In this document: positions 20,490 through 29,680 of the stretch, in pieces
How the letters are laid out: every line of letters starts with the position of its first letter
Position numbering within the stretch: the first letter of the stretch is position 1
Assembly (NCBI GenBank): GCA_009774375.1
Contig: VSNO01000005.1
Coordinates: 1,816-65,815, forward strand
Source of the DNA: Lachnospiraceae bacterium
GTDB lineage: Bacteria; Bacillota; Clostridia; Lachnospirales; Lachnospiraceae
Direction of reading: 5' to 3'
Length of the DNA: 64,000 bases
Made by a program: the position numbers and the translations under genes
Notes under the pieces: generated by a model
The model's database searches: none
What the model was told of the DNA's origin: nothing
Seen by the model: the letters and a program-made list of their open reading frames with translations, nothing else

Positions 20490-22538
20490 TCAGGCATCAA
20501 AAGGCTCATTCAGCTCCTCCGTCCCCGCCAGCACAAACCTTCCGTTCTCTATGATGGCATAAGCGTCACCGTCCCTGCTGTACGCGGTGATGGAACCCAG
20601 CTCGTCATACGGTATCGTGATATCGGTGTGGCATGCAAAATATGCCCTGGAAGGCTCTGTCTTTCTCAGGATCGAAACGGAATTGTCCTTTGCCACGACT
20701 TCCTTTCCGTCCTCATTGAAGATCCTGACCTCCTCACTCCTCGAATAGCAGGTGTCACCGACTGCAAAGTGCGGTCCGGTCTTCTCCGCGATCAGGATCG
20801 GGAACAGGTTTGCGATGTCATACTTCTTTGCAGTCATATACGCCGTCGTGTTTGTTCCGATCGCAAACTCGCCCATCGGAAGGGAATCATAGTGATACAG
20901 CACATTTGCCCTGACATATTCCCTGTTCTTCTCCTCACTGTCAAAATTTTTGCAGGTATAGCCGGCGATCATACCGTCCTTAAAGTCGATCTCCAGATCA
21001 TGATACTCCAGTTCGTTCAGAAATACGCGGCTGACGTGCAGCTTTCCGTTTGTTCCCTCAAGCACCGGCGAGGTGAACACTTCACCGACAGGAATATTGA
21101 CATCCGCGACACAGTTCTCAAAGACCGCTTCCCTGTCGGGATCCGATATGGGATAAAGCGCCACGCGCAGGTCTGTCCTGTTGCCGTTCATCCCCCTGAT
21201 CTCCACATACGACGCCCTGTTGAGCGTGTCGACGATCGTCGCCTGTATGCGCTCATAAGTCTTATAGTCGAGCGTGTTGAGTTTGATCGTCTCATCAAAG
21301 ATCTCCACAAAGCGTTCTCCGATGCTCGGTACCGGAAACGCTATGATCGTGAAGCTTCTCTCCTCCTCGTTGATGTAGCTGCAGACAATGTCCTGCGACG
21401 CGCCTTTCAGCTCCGCTGACAGCTTTTGCTGTGCCGCATCCAGACTGCACGCCTCATCCTTGGACTCAGGCGCAAAGGGCAGCTCCCCGAACACTTCGAT
21501 GACAGCCGGTCCCGCGTACACTGCCGCCTTTTCCTTTACCGCCTCGTAGGCTGTTTTCAGCACCTCGAGTTTTCGGTTCACAAGCTTCTTGTCGAGAAAG
21601 AGCGCGATATCATCCTTGTGGTCATACAGAAACTGCCTGTTTGCGTCCGCCCCGAAATATCCTTTCTTGCGCACTACGGATTTGCTAAAGATCGTGTTCT
21701 CGCACCGGTAGATCGTCGGCTTCAGACCCATCCTGGCAAAATTTGCGATCGCAGCCCTCACAACACGCTCAAAACCAAGCATGTAGTGGATGTCGACTGT
21801 CTCCTTTTTCCCCAGATCGATGTGTGCTTTCTCAAACCCGATGCGGTAGCCCTCCGTGTACGTATCCGCCATCAGCTGAATGCGCTCGTCCGGCAGGGAG
21901 TTCAGATACTGTGCCATCTTCTCCACATCCGGCGAGACATACTCGCCATACCGGTACAGATATGCCAGGTCCCCAAGATCGCTGTCCTCCACGATCCTGA
22001 CCGCAAAGTCACAGTCCGTGTCGACAAGGCTGCGCGCCCTGCGGCTGGCGGCCGGCTCTGAATAATCGCTCACATACCAGTACAGTGTCTCCCTGATCTC
22101 CTCTGTACCGGGAACCGCCGCTTTCTCAGACTGCGCGCAGGCGAACGCGTTGTAGATCTCCACAAACAGTTCCATGCGTATCGCCATTTCCTCCAGCTCC
22201 TGCTCGAAGGCATACGGTATCATCGCCCTGATCTCCGCATACAGGAATGCCAGCAGTCTCCCCATCTCAAGTCCATACCGCCTGCAGGTATACGACGGAT
22301 TGGCATAGCTCTCCGCATAGTGCGCGCCCAGAATGTCCTCATACAGCGCCCTGTTCTCCGCGCGCAGCCCCTCTATATCTGTGATGTTCCCCCTGTTGTC
22401 ACAGGCGTCTGCCGCAAGCAGGACAAACTCTGCAACCTTCTTAAAATAATCTTTGTAATCTTCCGAAACTTCCTGCACCGCCGCGATCTCCCTGATCCTG
22501 CCGCAGGAGAGCTCATATCTCTCTCTTAAAATCTCCAT
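20490..22538 (-). CDS. M29-like aminopeptidase with ~300-aa N-terminal extension
   Basis: The C-terminal half carries M29-type motifs (NIPVGEVFTSP, EFAIGTN, GPHFAVGD). At 682 aa it is much longer than classical ~400-aa AmpS/PepS proteins. Confidence 0.7.
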   Translation of the reverse strand: MEILRERYELSCGRIREIAAVQEVSEDYKDYFKKVAEFVLLAADACDNRGNITDIEGLRAENRALYEDILGAHYAESYANPSYTCRRYGLEMGRLLAFLYAEIRAMIPYAFEQELEEMAIRMELFVEIYNAFACAQSEKAAVPGTEEIRETLYWYVSDYSEPAASRRARSLVDTDCDFAVRIVEDSDLGDLAYLYRYGEYVSPDVEKMAQYLNSLPDERIQLMADTYTEGYRIGFEKAHIDLGKKETVDIHYMLGFERVVRAAIANFARMGLKPTIYRCENTIFSKSVVRKKGYFGADANRQFLYDHKDDIALFLDKKLVNRKLEVLKTAYEAVKEKAAVYAGPAVIEVFGELPFAPESKDEACSLDAAQQKLSAELKGASQDIVCSYINEEERSFTIIAFPVPSIGERFVEIFDETIKLNTLDYKTYERIQATIVDTLNRASYVEIRGMNGNRTDLRVALYPISDPDREAVFENCVADVNIPVGEVFTSPVLEGTNGKLHVSRVFLNELEYHDLEIDFKDGMIAGYTCKNFDSEEKNREYVRANVLYHYDSLPMGEFAIGTNTTAYMTAKKYDIANLFPILIAEKTGPHFAVGDTCYSRSEEVRIFNEDGKEVVAKDNSVSILRKTEPSRAYFACHTDITIPYDELGSITAYSRDGDAYAIIENGRFVLAGTEELNEPFDA

Positions 22539-22539
22539 C

Positions 22540-22866
22540 TCAAACCACTCCCAAATAAAATATGATACCGCCGGCTATCACTGCAAGTACGTTCAAAAAA
22601 ATGCCAGCGATCGGAAAAAACCTGAAAATATCTTTCTCCATCAACGACCGTACGCCGATGACAAGCCCCGCCACCGCATAGGCTATGGCGAGAAGCACCA
22701 CCGCGCCGTGCTGCATGAGCGCGGCGCCCCCATTCAGATACGTCCTGTGAACAGCCAGACAGATCGAAACGCCTGCGACCAGTCCCAGTATCGTCGACAT
22801 GATCCCCCACTTAGGATTTTTCTTATCTGTAAAAATATAGCCTTGCCTGCCAAAAATCCGAAACAT
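22540..22866 (-). CDS. Small integral membrane protein (108 aa, 3 predicted TM)
   Basis: Hydrophobic ORF MFRIFGRQGYIFTDKKNPKWGIMSTILGLVAG... with GGGAGTG SD. Its stop is 1 nt from the next gene's start. Confidence 0.6.
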   Translation of the reverse strand: MFRIFGRQGYIFTDKKNPKWGIMSTILGLVAGVSICLAVHRTYLNGGAALMQHGAVVLLAIAYAVAGLVIGVRSLMEKDIFRFFPIAGIFLNVLAVIAGGIIFYLGVV

Positions 22867-22931
22867 CTTCACTCCCTGCATTCCTTATTCCGCAGGAAAT
22901 GGGCATTCCGTATGAAATGCCCACCCCACAG

Positions 22932-23084
22932 CTAAAATAATATCTTTGATTTGCCTGCCAGAAGCCTTCCGCCGCTGATCAAAAGCATCACGCCGCTCGT
23001 CATTCCCACAACGATCGACACCACTCCCAGCACGATCGATAATGTGCCCGCGCGTCCCATCGCCTTATAGACTCTCTCTTCCAT
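22932..23084 (-). CDS. Very small membrane protein (50 aa)
   Basis: MEERVYKAMGRAGTLSIVLGVVSIVVGMTSGVMLLISGG... preceded by GGAGGA SD. Short, so tentative. Confidence 0.4.
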   Translation of the reverse strand: MEERVYKAMGRAGTLSIVLGVVSIVVGMTSGVMLLISGGRLLAGKSKILF

Positions 23085-23100
23085 CCTGATCCTCCATTCC

Positions 23101-23775
23101 CTATTTCGCCCCATACTGGGCATAGTATGCATCAATCGCTTCTTTCATCTTATCATCAATGAGTACCCTGCCGTTATGCGTCCTGTTATATAAGTGCTCC
23201 ACAACCTCCTCCATCGTGACGATCGCTCCCGTCTCGATGCCATAGATCTCCCGTATCTCCGCAAGTGCATTCTGCTGTGTCCTGCCGCGCTCCTGCCGGT
23301 TCAGGCTCACCATCAGTCCCACAACATCCACATTCGCCTGTGCCCTTAAGATAGGAAATGTCTCCTCGATCGACTTTCCGGAGGTCGTCACATCCTCTAT
23401 GATGACAACCCTGTCGCCGTCGTTCAGGTTACTTCCAAGAAGGATACCCACATCGCCATGGTCCTTGACCTCTTTTCTGTTGGAGCAGTACCGGATCTCC
23501 TTGTTATACAGCTCACTGAATGCGATCGTCGTCGCCACGGCGAGCGGGATCCCCTTGTATGCCGGCCCGAAGAGCACATCAAAATCCGCACCGTAATTGT
23601 CGTAGATCGCCTTCGCGTAGTACCCTCCAAGCCTTCTGAGCTGCGAACCGGTGACATATGCCCCCGCATTCATGAAAAACGGAGATCTTCTTCCGCTCTT
23701 CAGTGTGAACTCACCAAATTTCAGCACGCTGCTGTCAACCATAAACTCAATAAATTCCTTCTTGTATTGTTCCAT
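23101..23775 (-). CDS. pyrE: Orotate phosphoribosyltransferase
   Basis: MEQYKKEFIEFMVDSSVLKFGEFTLKSGRRSPFF and PRPP motif VVIIEDVTTSGKS. Confidence 0.9.
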   Translation of the reverse strand: MEQYKKEFIEFMVDSSVLKFGEFTLKSGRRSPFFMNAGAYVTGSQLRRLGGYYAKAIYDNYGADFDVLFGPAYKGIPLAVATTIAFSELYNKEIRYCSNRKEVKDHGDVGILLGSNLNDGDRVVIIEDVTTSGKSIEETFPILRAQANVDVVGLMVSLNRQERGRTQQNALAEIREIYGIETGAIVTMEEVVEHLYNRTHNGRVLIDDKMKEAIDAYYAQYGAK

Positions 23776-23813
23776 CTTCCCCTTTACCTCCATATTTTTT
23801 ATCAGCAGGTCTG

Positions 23814-24773
23814 TCACCTGTCAACGCCCGCAAATGCCTGATCGATATCCGTGATCATATCGATCACGGCCTGTCTGGAAGCATCCGCAAAGTTTGCCGG
23901 TCCAAACTTACTGTATTTCTCATTCTGGTATGCTGCGATGATCCCCCGCGAAGAGTTGACGATCGCGCCAAGCCGGTCCTCATCAAAAAAGTGTATCAGG
24001 TCTTTTCCGGTCGCGCCCTGTGCGCCGTAGCCCGGCACAAGGATAAAGCACCTGGGCATCACCCTGCGGAGCACCATGCCCTGCTCGGGATACGTAGCGC
24101 CCACCACTGCACCTACATAGCTGTAGCCATTCTCCCCCATAAGCTGCTCACTCCACCCGGCAACCTTCTCACCCACCACCTCATAGAGCGGTTTTGTGCC
24201 TTCACCCGCCGTGACACCGGACTGCACCAGCCTGTCCTGAAACTCACCGCTGCTCGGGTTGGAAGTCTTGACCAGGACAAAGATCCCCTTCTTTTCCTCC
24301 CTGCACACATCAATGAACGGCTGGACGCCGTCGGAACCCAGATAGGGGTTGACCGTCACAAAATCCTCGTCAAAAGCTGCGCACAGGCTATCGCCCACCT
24401 GTACCCTGCCAAGATGCGCCGCCGCGTATGCCGCCGAGGTCGAACCGATATCCCCCCTCTTGGCATCACCGATCACTACAAGCCCCTTTTCCCTGCAGTA
24501 GTCGACCGTCCTCCTGAACACGGCCAGCCCTGGTATCCCAAACTGTTCGTACATAGCGATCTGCGGCTTGACCGCCGGGATCAGATCGCAGATCCTGTCA
24601 ACGATCGCCTTGTTAAAAAGCCAGACTGCCTCCGCCGCGCCCTCCAGGGTCTCTCCTTTCTCCTCGAAAGCTGCTTTCCTGATATGATCAGGCACAAACT
24701 TCAGCATCGGGTCAAGTCCCACCACAATGGGCGCCCCGGTTTTCTGTATCTTTTGTATCAGCTTATCAATCAT
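23814..24773 (-). CDS. pyrF: Orotidine-5'-phosphate decarboxylase (long, type 2)
   Basis: PIVVGLDP...GDAKRGDIGST motifs, 319 aa. GGAGGGA SD upstream. 4-nt overlap with the pyrE upstream region. Confidence 0.9.
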   Translation of the reverse strand: MIDKLIQKIQKTGAPIVVGLDPMLKFVPDHIRKAAFEEKGETLEGAAEAVWLFNKAIVDRICDLIPAVKPQIAMYEQFGIPGLAVFRRTVDYCREKGLVVIGDAKRGDIGSTSAAYAAAHLGRVQVGDSLCAAFDEDFVTVNPYLGSDGVQPFIDVCREEKKGIFVLVKTSNPSSGEFQDRLVQSGVTAGEGTKPLYEVVGEKVAGWSEQLMGENGYSYVGAVVGATYPEQGMVLRRVMPRCFILVPGYGAQGATGKDLIHFFDEDRLGAIVNSSRGIIAAYQNEKYSKFGPANFADASRQAVIDMITDIDQAFAGVDR

Positions 24774-24814
24774 TTGTTCCCTCCATGTTTTGCAGCCGCA
24801 TGTGGACCGCAGTC

Positions 24815-27193
24815 TTACACCACTTTGTTCTGCCGTAACAACTCTACATATTTCCTTATATTAGATACATTAACATACTTTTGCTGTGATTGTCCAGCTA
24901 CAATTACAAGAGTTGGCGCCTGCCGCACCCCATACTTGACTGCAAGATCCATATTTTCCTCCGCGTCGATCACCGTGTAGTCCACATTCTGCAGGTACTT
25001 CTTCGCCAGACTGCAGTTCGGACAGGTCTTGGTGGTGAACAGGTAGGTGCTGCTCTTCCCGACATACGGCGCTATCTGCTCCGCCTGCCTGACACCGCCG
25101 ATCCTGCTGATCCTGCTGACACTGTTTCCCATCCTGTACTCCGTGCGGTTCTGATACTCCTGCAGCTTCCCATCATTCCAGTTCTGCACTGGTCTGTAGT
25201 AACCGGTAATGCGGCTGTATACCTCTGTGACCTTCCCACACCTCGGACACACCTTCTGCTCTCCGGTCAGATAGCCGTGTTCCCGGCAGATGGAGTAGGT
25301 CGGCGACATGGTGTAATACGGAAGCCTGTAGTTCTCAGCGATCGTGCGCACCAGATCTGCCGCCGCCCGCCAGTCTGGGAGCTTCTCTCCCAGAAACGCA
25401 TGGAATACCGTTCCGGATGTATAGAGCGTCTGCAGCTCGTCCTGTATATCCAGCGCATCGAATATATCTGTCGTGTAGTCGACGGGCAGGTGGGACGAGT
25501 TGGTATAATAAGGCCGGTCCCCCTCGTGCCCCGCCGTGATGATGTCGCTCCACTTCTCCTTATCATGCTTTGCAAGCCTGTAGGTCGTGCTCTCCGCCGG
25601 AGTCGCCTCGAGGTTATACAGATCGCCGTACTGCTCCTGATAATCAGACAGGCGCTCCCTCATATGGTTCAGGACATCCTTTGCAAACTGCTGTGTCTCC
25701 CTGTGGGACAGGTCCGCCCTGAGCCATTTCGCGTTGAGCCCCGCCTCGTTCATGCCGATCAGGCCGATCGTCGAGAAATGGTTGTCAAACTTGCCCAGAT
25801 AACGCTTCGTATATGGATATAACCCCTCCTCCAGGAGTCTTGAGATCACATTCCGCTTGATCTTGAGGGAGCGGGCGCTGATGTCCATCAGGCGGTCAAG
25901 CCGTCTGTAAAAATCCGCCTCGTCCGACGCCAGATACGCGATGCGCGGCAGGTTGATCGTGACGACCCCCACACTCCCCGTGCTCTCTCCCGATCCAAAG
26001 AAACCACCTGTTTTTTTTCGTAACTCCCGCAGGTCGAGACGCAGACGGCAGCACATGCTGCGCACATCGGAGGGCTCCATATCAGAGTTGATATAGTTGG
26101 AAAAATACGGTGTTCCGTACTTCGCGGTCATTTCAAATAACAGTCGGTTGTTTTCTGTGTCCGACCAGTCAAAATCACGTGTTATGGAATATGTCGGGAT
26201 GGGATACTGGAATCCCCTGCCGTTGGCGTCCCCCTCGATCATCGTCTCGATGAACGCCTTGTTGACCATATCCATCTCCGCCCTGCAGTCCCCGTAGGTA
26301 AACTCCATCTCCCTGCCGCCGACGATCGCAGGCAGAGCCGCCAGATCGTTCGGAACTGTCCAGTCCAGTGTGATATTGCTGAACGGAGCCTGCGTCCCCC
26401 AGCGGCTCGGCGTGTTGACTCCGTAGATAAACGCCTCAATGCATTTCTTGACTTCCTGATAGGAGAGCGCGTCCGCCTTCACAAAGGGTGCAAGGTAGGT
26501 GTCAAAAGAAGAGAACGCCTGTGCGCCTGCCCATTCATTCTGCATGATCCCCAGGAAGTTTACCATCTGGTTGCAGAGCACGGACAGGTGCCTTGCCGGC
26601 GCCGATGTGATCTTTCCCGTGATGCCGCCGAGTCCTTCCCGGATCAGCTGCTTCAGCGACCAGCCTGCACAGTAGCCGGTGAGCATGGACAAGTCGTGGA
26701 TATGAATGTCCGCGTTCCTGTGTGCACGCGAGATCTCCTCGTCATAGATCTCGGAGAGCCAGTAATTGGCCGTGACCGCCCCGGAGTTTGACAGGATCAG
26801 CCCGCCGACGGAATATGTGACTGTCGAGTTCTCCTTCACGCGCCAGTCCTCCACCTTCACATAACTGTCAACGACCTCCTTGTAGTCCAGGATCGTGGAG
26901 GTCATATTGCGCATCTTCTCCCGCTGTTTTCTGTAGAGGATGAACGCTTTGGCAGTTTCTGTATACCCCGCCTGCTCCAGAACCTTCTCCACGCTGTCCT
27001 GAATATCCTCCACATGGACTTTTCCATCCTTTATCTTCCCCTGGATGTCTGCCGTCACCCGCAGCGCGAGCAGATCGATCATATCCTGGTTAAACTGTAT
27101 CTGCGTCGCGTTAAATGCCTTGACGACCGCGCCGCCGATCTTGTCCAGACAAAACTCCGTCTCAATGCCATCCCTCTTAATAACTGAAAACAT
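24815..27193 (-). CDS. nrdD: Anaerobic ribonucleoside-triphosphate reductase (class III) with C-terminal thioredoxin/glutaredoxin-like domain
   Basis: N-terminal ATP-cone (MFSVIKRDGIETEF), finger-loop SMCCRLRLDL, Zn-ribbon C-x13-CPRC, and glycyl-radical motif SRITGYYRPV. The last ~78 aa form a Trx-fold-like segment with CPNC. Start at ATG 27193 (AAGGAG SD); the track ORF's first 36 codons are an upstream extension. Confidence 0.95.
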   Translation of the reverse strand: MFSVIKRDGIETEFCLDKIGGAVVKAFNATQIQFNQDMIDLLALRVTADIQGKIKDGKVHVEDIQDSVEKVLEQAGYTETAKAFILYRKQREKMRNMTSTILDYKEVVDSYVKVEDWRVKENSTVTYSVGGLILSNSGAVTANYWLSEIYDEEISRAHRNADIHIHDLSMLTGYCAGWSLKQLIREGLGGITGKITSAPARHLSVLCNQMVNFLGIMQNEWAGAQAFSSFDTYLAPFVKADALSYQEVKKCIEAFIYGVNTPSRWGTQAPFSNITLDWTVPNDLAALPAIVGGREMEFTYGDCRAEMDMVNKAFIETMIEGDANGRGFQYPIPTYSITRDFDWSDTENNRLLFEMTAKYGTPYFSNYINSDMEPSDVRSMCCRLRLDLRELRKKTGGFFGSGESTGSVGVVTINLPRIAYLASDEADFYRRLDRLMDISARSLKIKRNVISRLLEEGLYPYTKRYLGKFDNHFSTIGLIGMNEAGLNAKWLRADLSHRETQQFAKDVLNHMRERLSDYQEQYGDLYNLEATPAESTTYRLAKHDKEKWSDIITAGHEGDRPYYTNSSHLPVDYTTDIFDALDIQDELQTLYTSGTVFHAFLGEKLPDWRAAADLVRTIAENYRLPYYTMSPTYSICREHGYLTGEQKVCPRCGKVTEVYSRITGYYRPVQNWNDGKLQEYQNRTEYRMGNSVSRISRIGGVRQAEQIAPYVGKSSTYLFTTKTCPNCSLAKKYLQNVDYTVIDAEENMDLAVKYGVRQAPTLVIVAGQSQQKYVNVSNIRKYVELLRQNKVV

Positions 27194-27227
27194 TTCACAT
27201 ACTCCTTCACTTGATTCATTTTTATCC

Positions 27228-27256
27228 ATCTTAACAGATAGCAAAATCGAAGTCAA
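27228..27256 (-). promoter_or_regulatory. Putative nrdD promoter (TTGACT-17-TAAGAT)
   Basis: Hexamers read on the minus strand, ~35 nt upstream of the nrdD ATG. Confidence 0.5.
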
Positions 27257-27265
27257 TCGAACACT

Positions 27266-27281
27266 ACTAAATATCATGTGT
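27266..27281 (-). promoter_or_regulatory. NrdR box (proximal): ACACATGATATTTAGT
   Basis: 12/16 match to the published NrdR-box consensus acaCwAtATaTwGtgt, 9 nt upstream of the -35. Confidence 0.55.
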
Positions 27282-27295
27282 TCGCGCGCTGGCAA

Positions 27296-27311
27296 ATACA
27301 ATATCTAGTGT
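27296..27311 (-). promoter_or_regulatory. NrdR box (distal): ACACTAGATATTGTAT
   Basis: 14/16 match to the NrdR-box consensus. Centre-to-centre distance to the proximal box is 30 bp, close to the usual tandem arrangement. Confidence 0.65.
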
Positions 27312-27336
27312 TTTTATGACATCTGTGTCGTGTTTC

Positions 27337-28587
27337 TCAGCGCGTTTTCAGAAATTCATTTTCCTTCTTTGCCCGGGCGTCATCCGGATAGGTCTGGAGA
27401 TACTCCTGCATCATCGTCTTTGCCTGGCTGAAATTTCCGGTGTACTCGTTTGCCACGATCATATTGAACTTTAACTCCTGCAGATAATCCGAGGCGCCCA
27501 TCGCGATCCCGCTCTCAAACGCCGCCACCGCCTCGGCGTATTTCCCCTGGTTCATCAGGCAGATCCCGAGGCTGTTATAGATCGCCGCATCCGGTTCATT
27601 CGAGCCCAGATATGTCTGATATACCACTGACGCATAATTCATATCGCCAAGCTTCTCGTATGTCTGCCCCAGGATCAGTGAGAGCTTCGCGTCCGTTCCA
27701 TTCACAAAAGGGTCCAGATACTTGCGCGCATTCTCATAGTCCTCCAGATAGAAATAGATGATCCCCTTCTCGCCGTCCTTGAGATTCTTCTCTTTCTGGG
27801 TCATAAATTTCTGCAGATAAGACTTTCCCTGTTCTGCGTACCCTGCAGCCTGCATTTCCACATAGGCGTCCGTCACGAGCTCAAGGTCACCCGGATCGAG
27901 GGAAAACGCCTTCTCAAAATCCGCTACCGCATCCTCATAGCGCCCCTGCAGGAGAACCGCACATGCCCGCAGATAATAGGCGTCCTTCTCCTTTTTCTTC
28001 AGCCCGATGACCGCCGAGTAGATCTGCTCCGCATCGGCGTACTTTCCCTGCTTCATATAGGCGGATGCCAGATAATAATTGGTATCATATATCAATGCGG
28101 TGGGCGTGCCCTGCGCATTTGCGATCGATCTCAAAAACGCTTTCTCCGCCTCCGCATAATTTCCAAGCCCCATGTAGGCGATGCCCTGCCCTCTGTATGT
28201 GAGCTCTGCATCCTCATTGTTCAGAAGCGCGGATTCAAAGCTCTCGAGCGCGCCCTGAAAATCATACTGCTCCACCCGCTCCATCCCCGCAAGGAGGTTT
28301 TTATTTTTTGAATCCTTCGATCTTCCTGTTTTCTTCGTGGTCTCTGCGTCTGTATCCTTCGTGTCTTTTGCGTTCTCTGTGCCCTTTTCGCTCTCTGTGT
28401 CCTTTTCGGCCTCCGTGCTGTCCGTATTTTCTGTGCTCTCTGTGCTTTCTGTACTCTCTGTACTTTCTGTGCTCTCTGTTTTTTTTGCGTTGTCCTTGTC
28501 CTTCCCGCAGCTGCACATCATCAGGATCACGCCGAGTACGGCAATTCCCATCCGCACTGTCCGTTTTATATTTCGTCTTACAACCAT
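27337..28587 (-). CDS. TPR-repeat lipoprotein with Ser/Thr/Glu-rich linker
   Basis: Signal peptide plus lipobox LMMCSCG, (TES)n low-complexity linker, then multiple TPR-like repeats (e.g. YRGQGIAYMGLGNYAEAEKAF). Confidence 0.8.
   Translation of the reverse strand: MVVRRNIKRTVRMGIAVLGVILMMCSCGKDKDNAKKTESTESTESTESTESTENTDSTEAEKDTESEKGTENAKDTKDTDAETTKKTGRSKDSKNKNLLAGMERVEQYDFQGALESFESALLNNEDAELTYRGQGIAYMGLGNYAEAEKAFLRSIANAQGTPTALIYDTNYYLASAYMKQGKYADAEQIYSAVIGLKKKEKDAYYLRACAVLLQGRYEDAVADFEKAFSLDPGDLELVTDAYVEMQAAGYAEQGKSYLQKFMTQKEKNLKDGEKGIIYFYLEDYENARKYLDPFVNGTDAKLSLILGQTYEKLGDMNYASVVYQTYLGSNEPDAAIYNSLGICLMNQGKYAEAVAAFESGIAMGASDYLQELKFNMIVANEYTGNFSQAKTMMQEYLQTYPDDARAKKENEFLKTR
28431..28479 (-). 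repeat. 9-bp tandem coding repeat (~5.5 copies) encoding TESTESTESTESTES
   Basis: ctgtgctct / ctgtgcttt / ctgtactct / ctgtacttt / ctgtgctct on the plus strand, in frame inside the lipoprotein gene. Confidence 0.85.
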
Positions 28588-28656
28588 GCTATTCTTTCCC
28601 TGCTCTCCCTTCCTGTTTTCCTTATGCGGCTGTGTGCATAACTTTATACTGGGCGG

Positions 28657-29670
28657 TCAGTCTTGCAGCCTTGCCTTTATGCAGAAATATCTTCTTATCT
28701 TTGCCGCGCTGCCTGTCCTGAACAGGCGGTATTCGTACCTTCTGATCCCAGGGCTGATCCAGCGCTCGTCCAATCCGTCGATCAGGTCTCTCAGGAACCT
28801 GTTCTCCAGGGCTTTCGCATAGATCGTCTCCAGGGCGCTCCTGCCATAATGGTTCTCCCTCGCGGATCTGCAGAACAGCTCTGTCAGAACCCTTAGATAA
28901 TGCACCTGCACAGAGCGCATCAGCGCATCATCCTGACAGCGTCCCGCCGCCCCCGCCTGAAGGTCATACAGCTTCCCAAGCATCTCAAGCCGCTCCTCCA
29001 TACCACAGTTTTTCATGACGCCCCTGTCCTTCTGCGGACAGTACAGGATCATCGCTTTTGTCATCAGATAACTCTCACAGTGCTCAAAATACTCTGTCAC
29101 GAAATATAGATCATCAAATTCATCCAGATCCGCGCCAGCCGGCATGAAAAACAGATTGTTGTCCCTGATGATCCGGCTCTTGAACAGCTTTGCACCGCAG
29201 GTACTGAGCGCAGAGTCCGCATACATGAGCCTTCGCGCCTCGCTCTCATCCGTCGATATCACATCCGATATCGGAAGCATCCGCGCCTTCAGCCTTCCGT
29301 TCCTGCGCGATGTGATCCAGCTGAACGCCACAAGGTCCGCATACTCTTCCTCGACTGCAGCCTCGATCTGCTCCCACGCATCCTCGCACAGCCTGTCAGC
29401 CGCATCCAGAAACAGGATGTATCTTCCCGATGCCTTCTCGATCCCTGTATTGCACGCATCAGATGTATCCCCGTTGTCCATGACAAACAGCTTTATGCGG
29501 TTATCCCTCTCGCCGTACCGGCCTACAACGGCCGCGGTCTCGCCCGCACTGCTGCTCACCACGATGCACTCCATGTCGATCGTCTCTCTCGGGCATCTGG
29601 TGACACTCCTGAGACACGCCGCGATGTGGCGCTGCGCGCCACACGCCCGTATGATCACACTCAAATCCAT
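28657..29670 (-). CDS. Family-2 glycosyltransferase
   Basis: MDLSVIIRACGAQRHIAACLRSV...VVSSSAGETAAV...DNGDTSDACNTGIEKASGRYILFLDAADRL is a GT2 N-terminal fold with a D-x-D-like motif. Start set at ATG 29670; the longer track ORF overlaps the kinase gene and is rejected. Confidence 0.8.
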   Translation of the reverse strand: MDLSVIIRACGAQRHIAACLRSVTRCPRETIDMECIVVSSSAGETAAVVGRYGERDNRIKLFVMDNGDTSDACNTGIEKASGRYILFLDAADRLCEDAWEQIEAAVEEEYADLVAFSWITSRRNGRLKARMLPISDVISTDESEARRLMYADSALSTCGAKLFKSRIIRDNNLFFMPAGADLDEFDDLYFVTEYFEHCESYLMTKAMILYCPQKDRGVMKNCGMEERLEMLGKLYDLQAGAAGRCQDDALMRSVQVHYLRVLTELFCRSARENHYGRSALETIYAKALENRFLRDLIDGLDERWISPGIRRYEYRLFRTGSAAKIRRYFCIKARLQD

Positions 29671-29680
29671 AAATCCGCTC

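Noticed and set aside
27194-27301. 36-codon upstream extension of the nrdD ORF
   Set aside because: An AAGGAG SD precedes ATG 27193 and the ATP-cone begins there. The extension would cover the promoter and the NrdR boxes.
28431-28479. Short regular repeats that could look CRISPR-like
   Set aside because: The 9-bp units are contiguous with no spacers and lie in frame within a lipoprotein gene encoding (TES)n, so this is a coding microsatellite.
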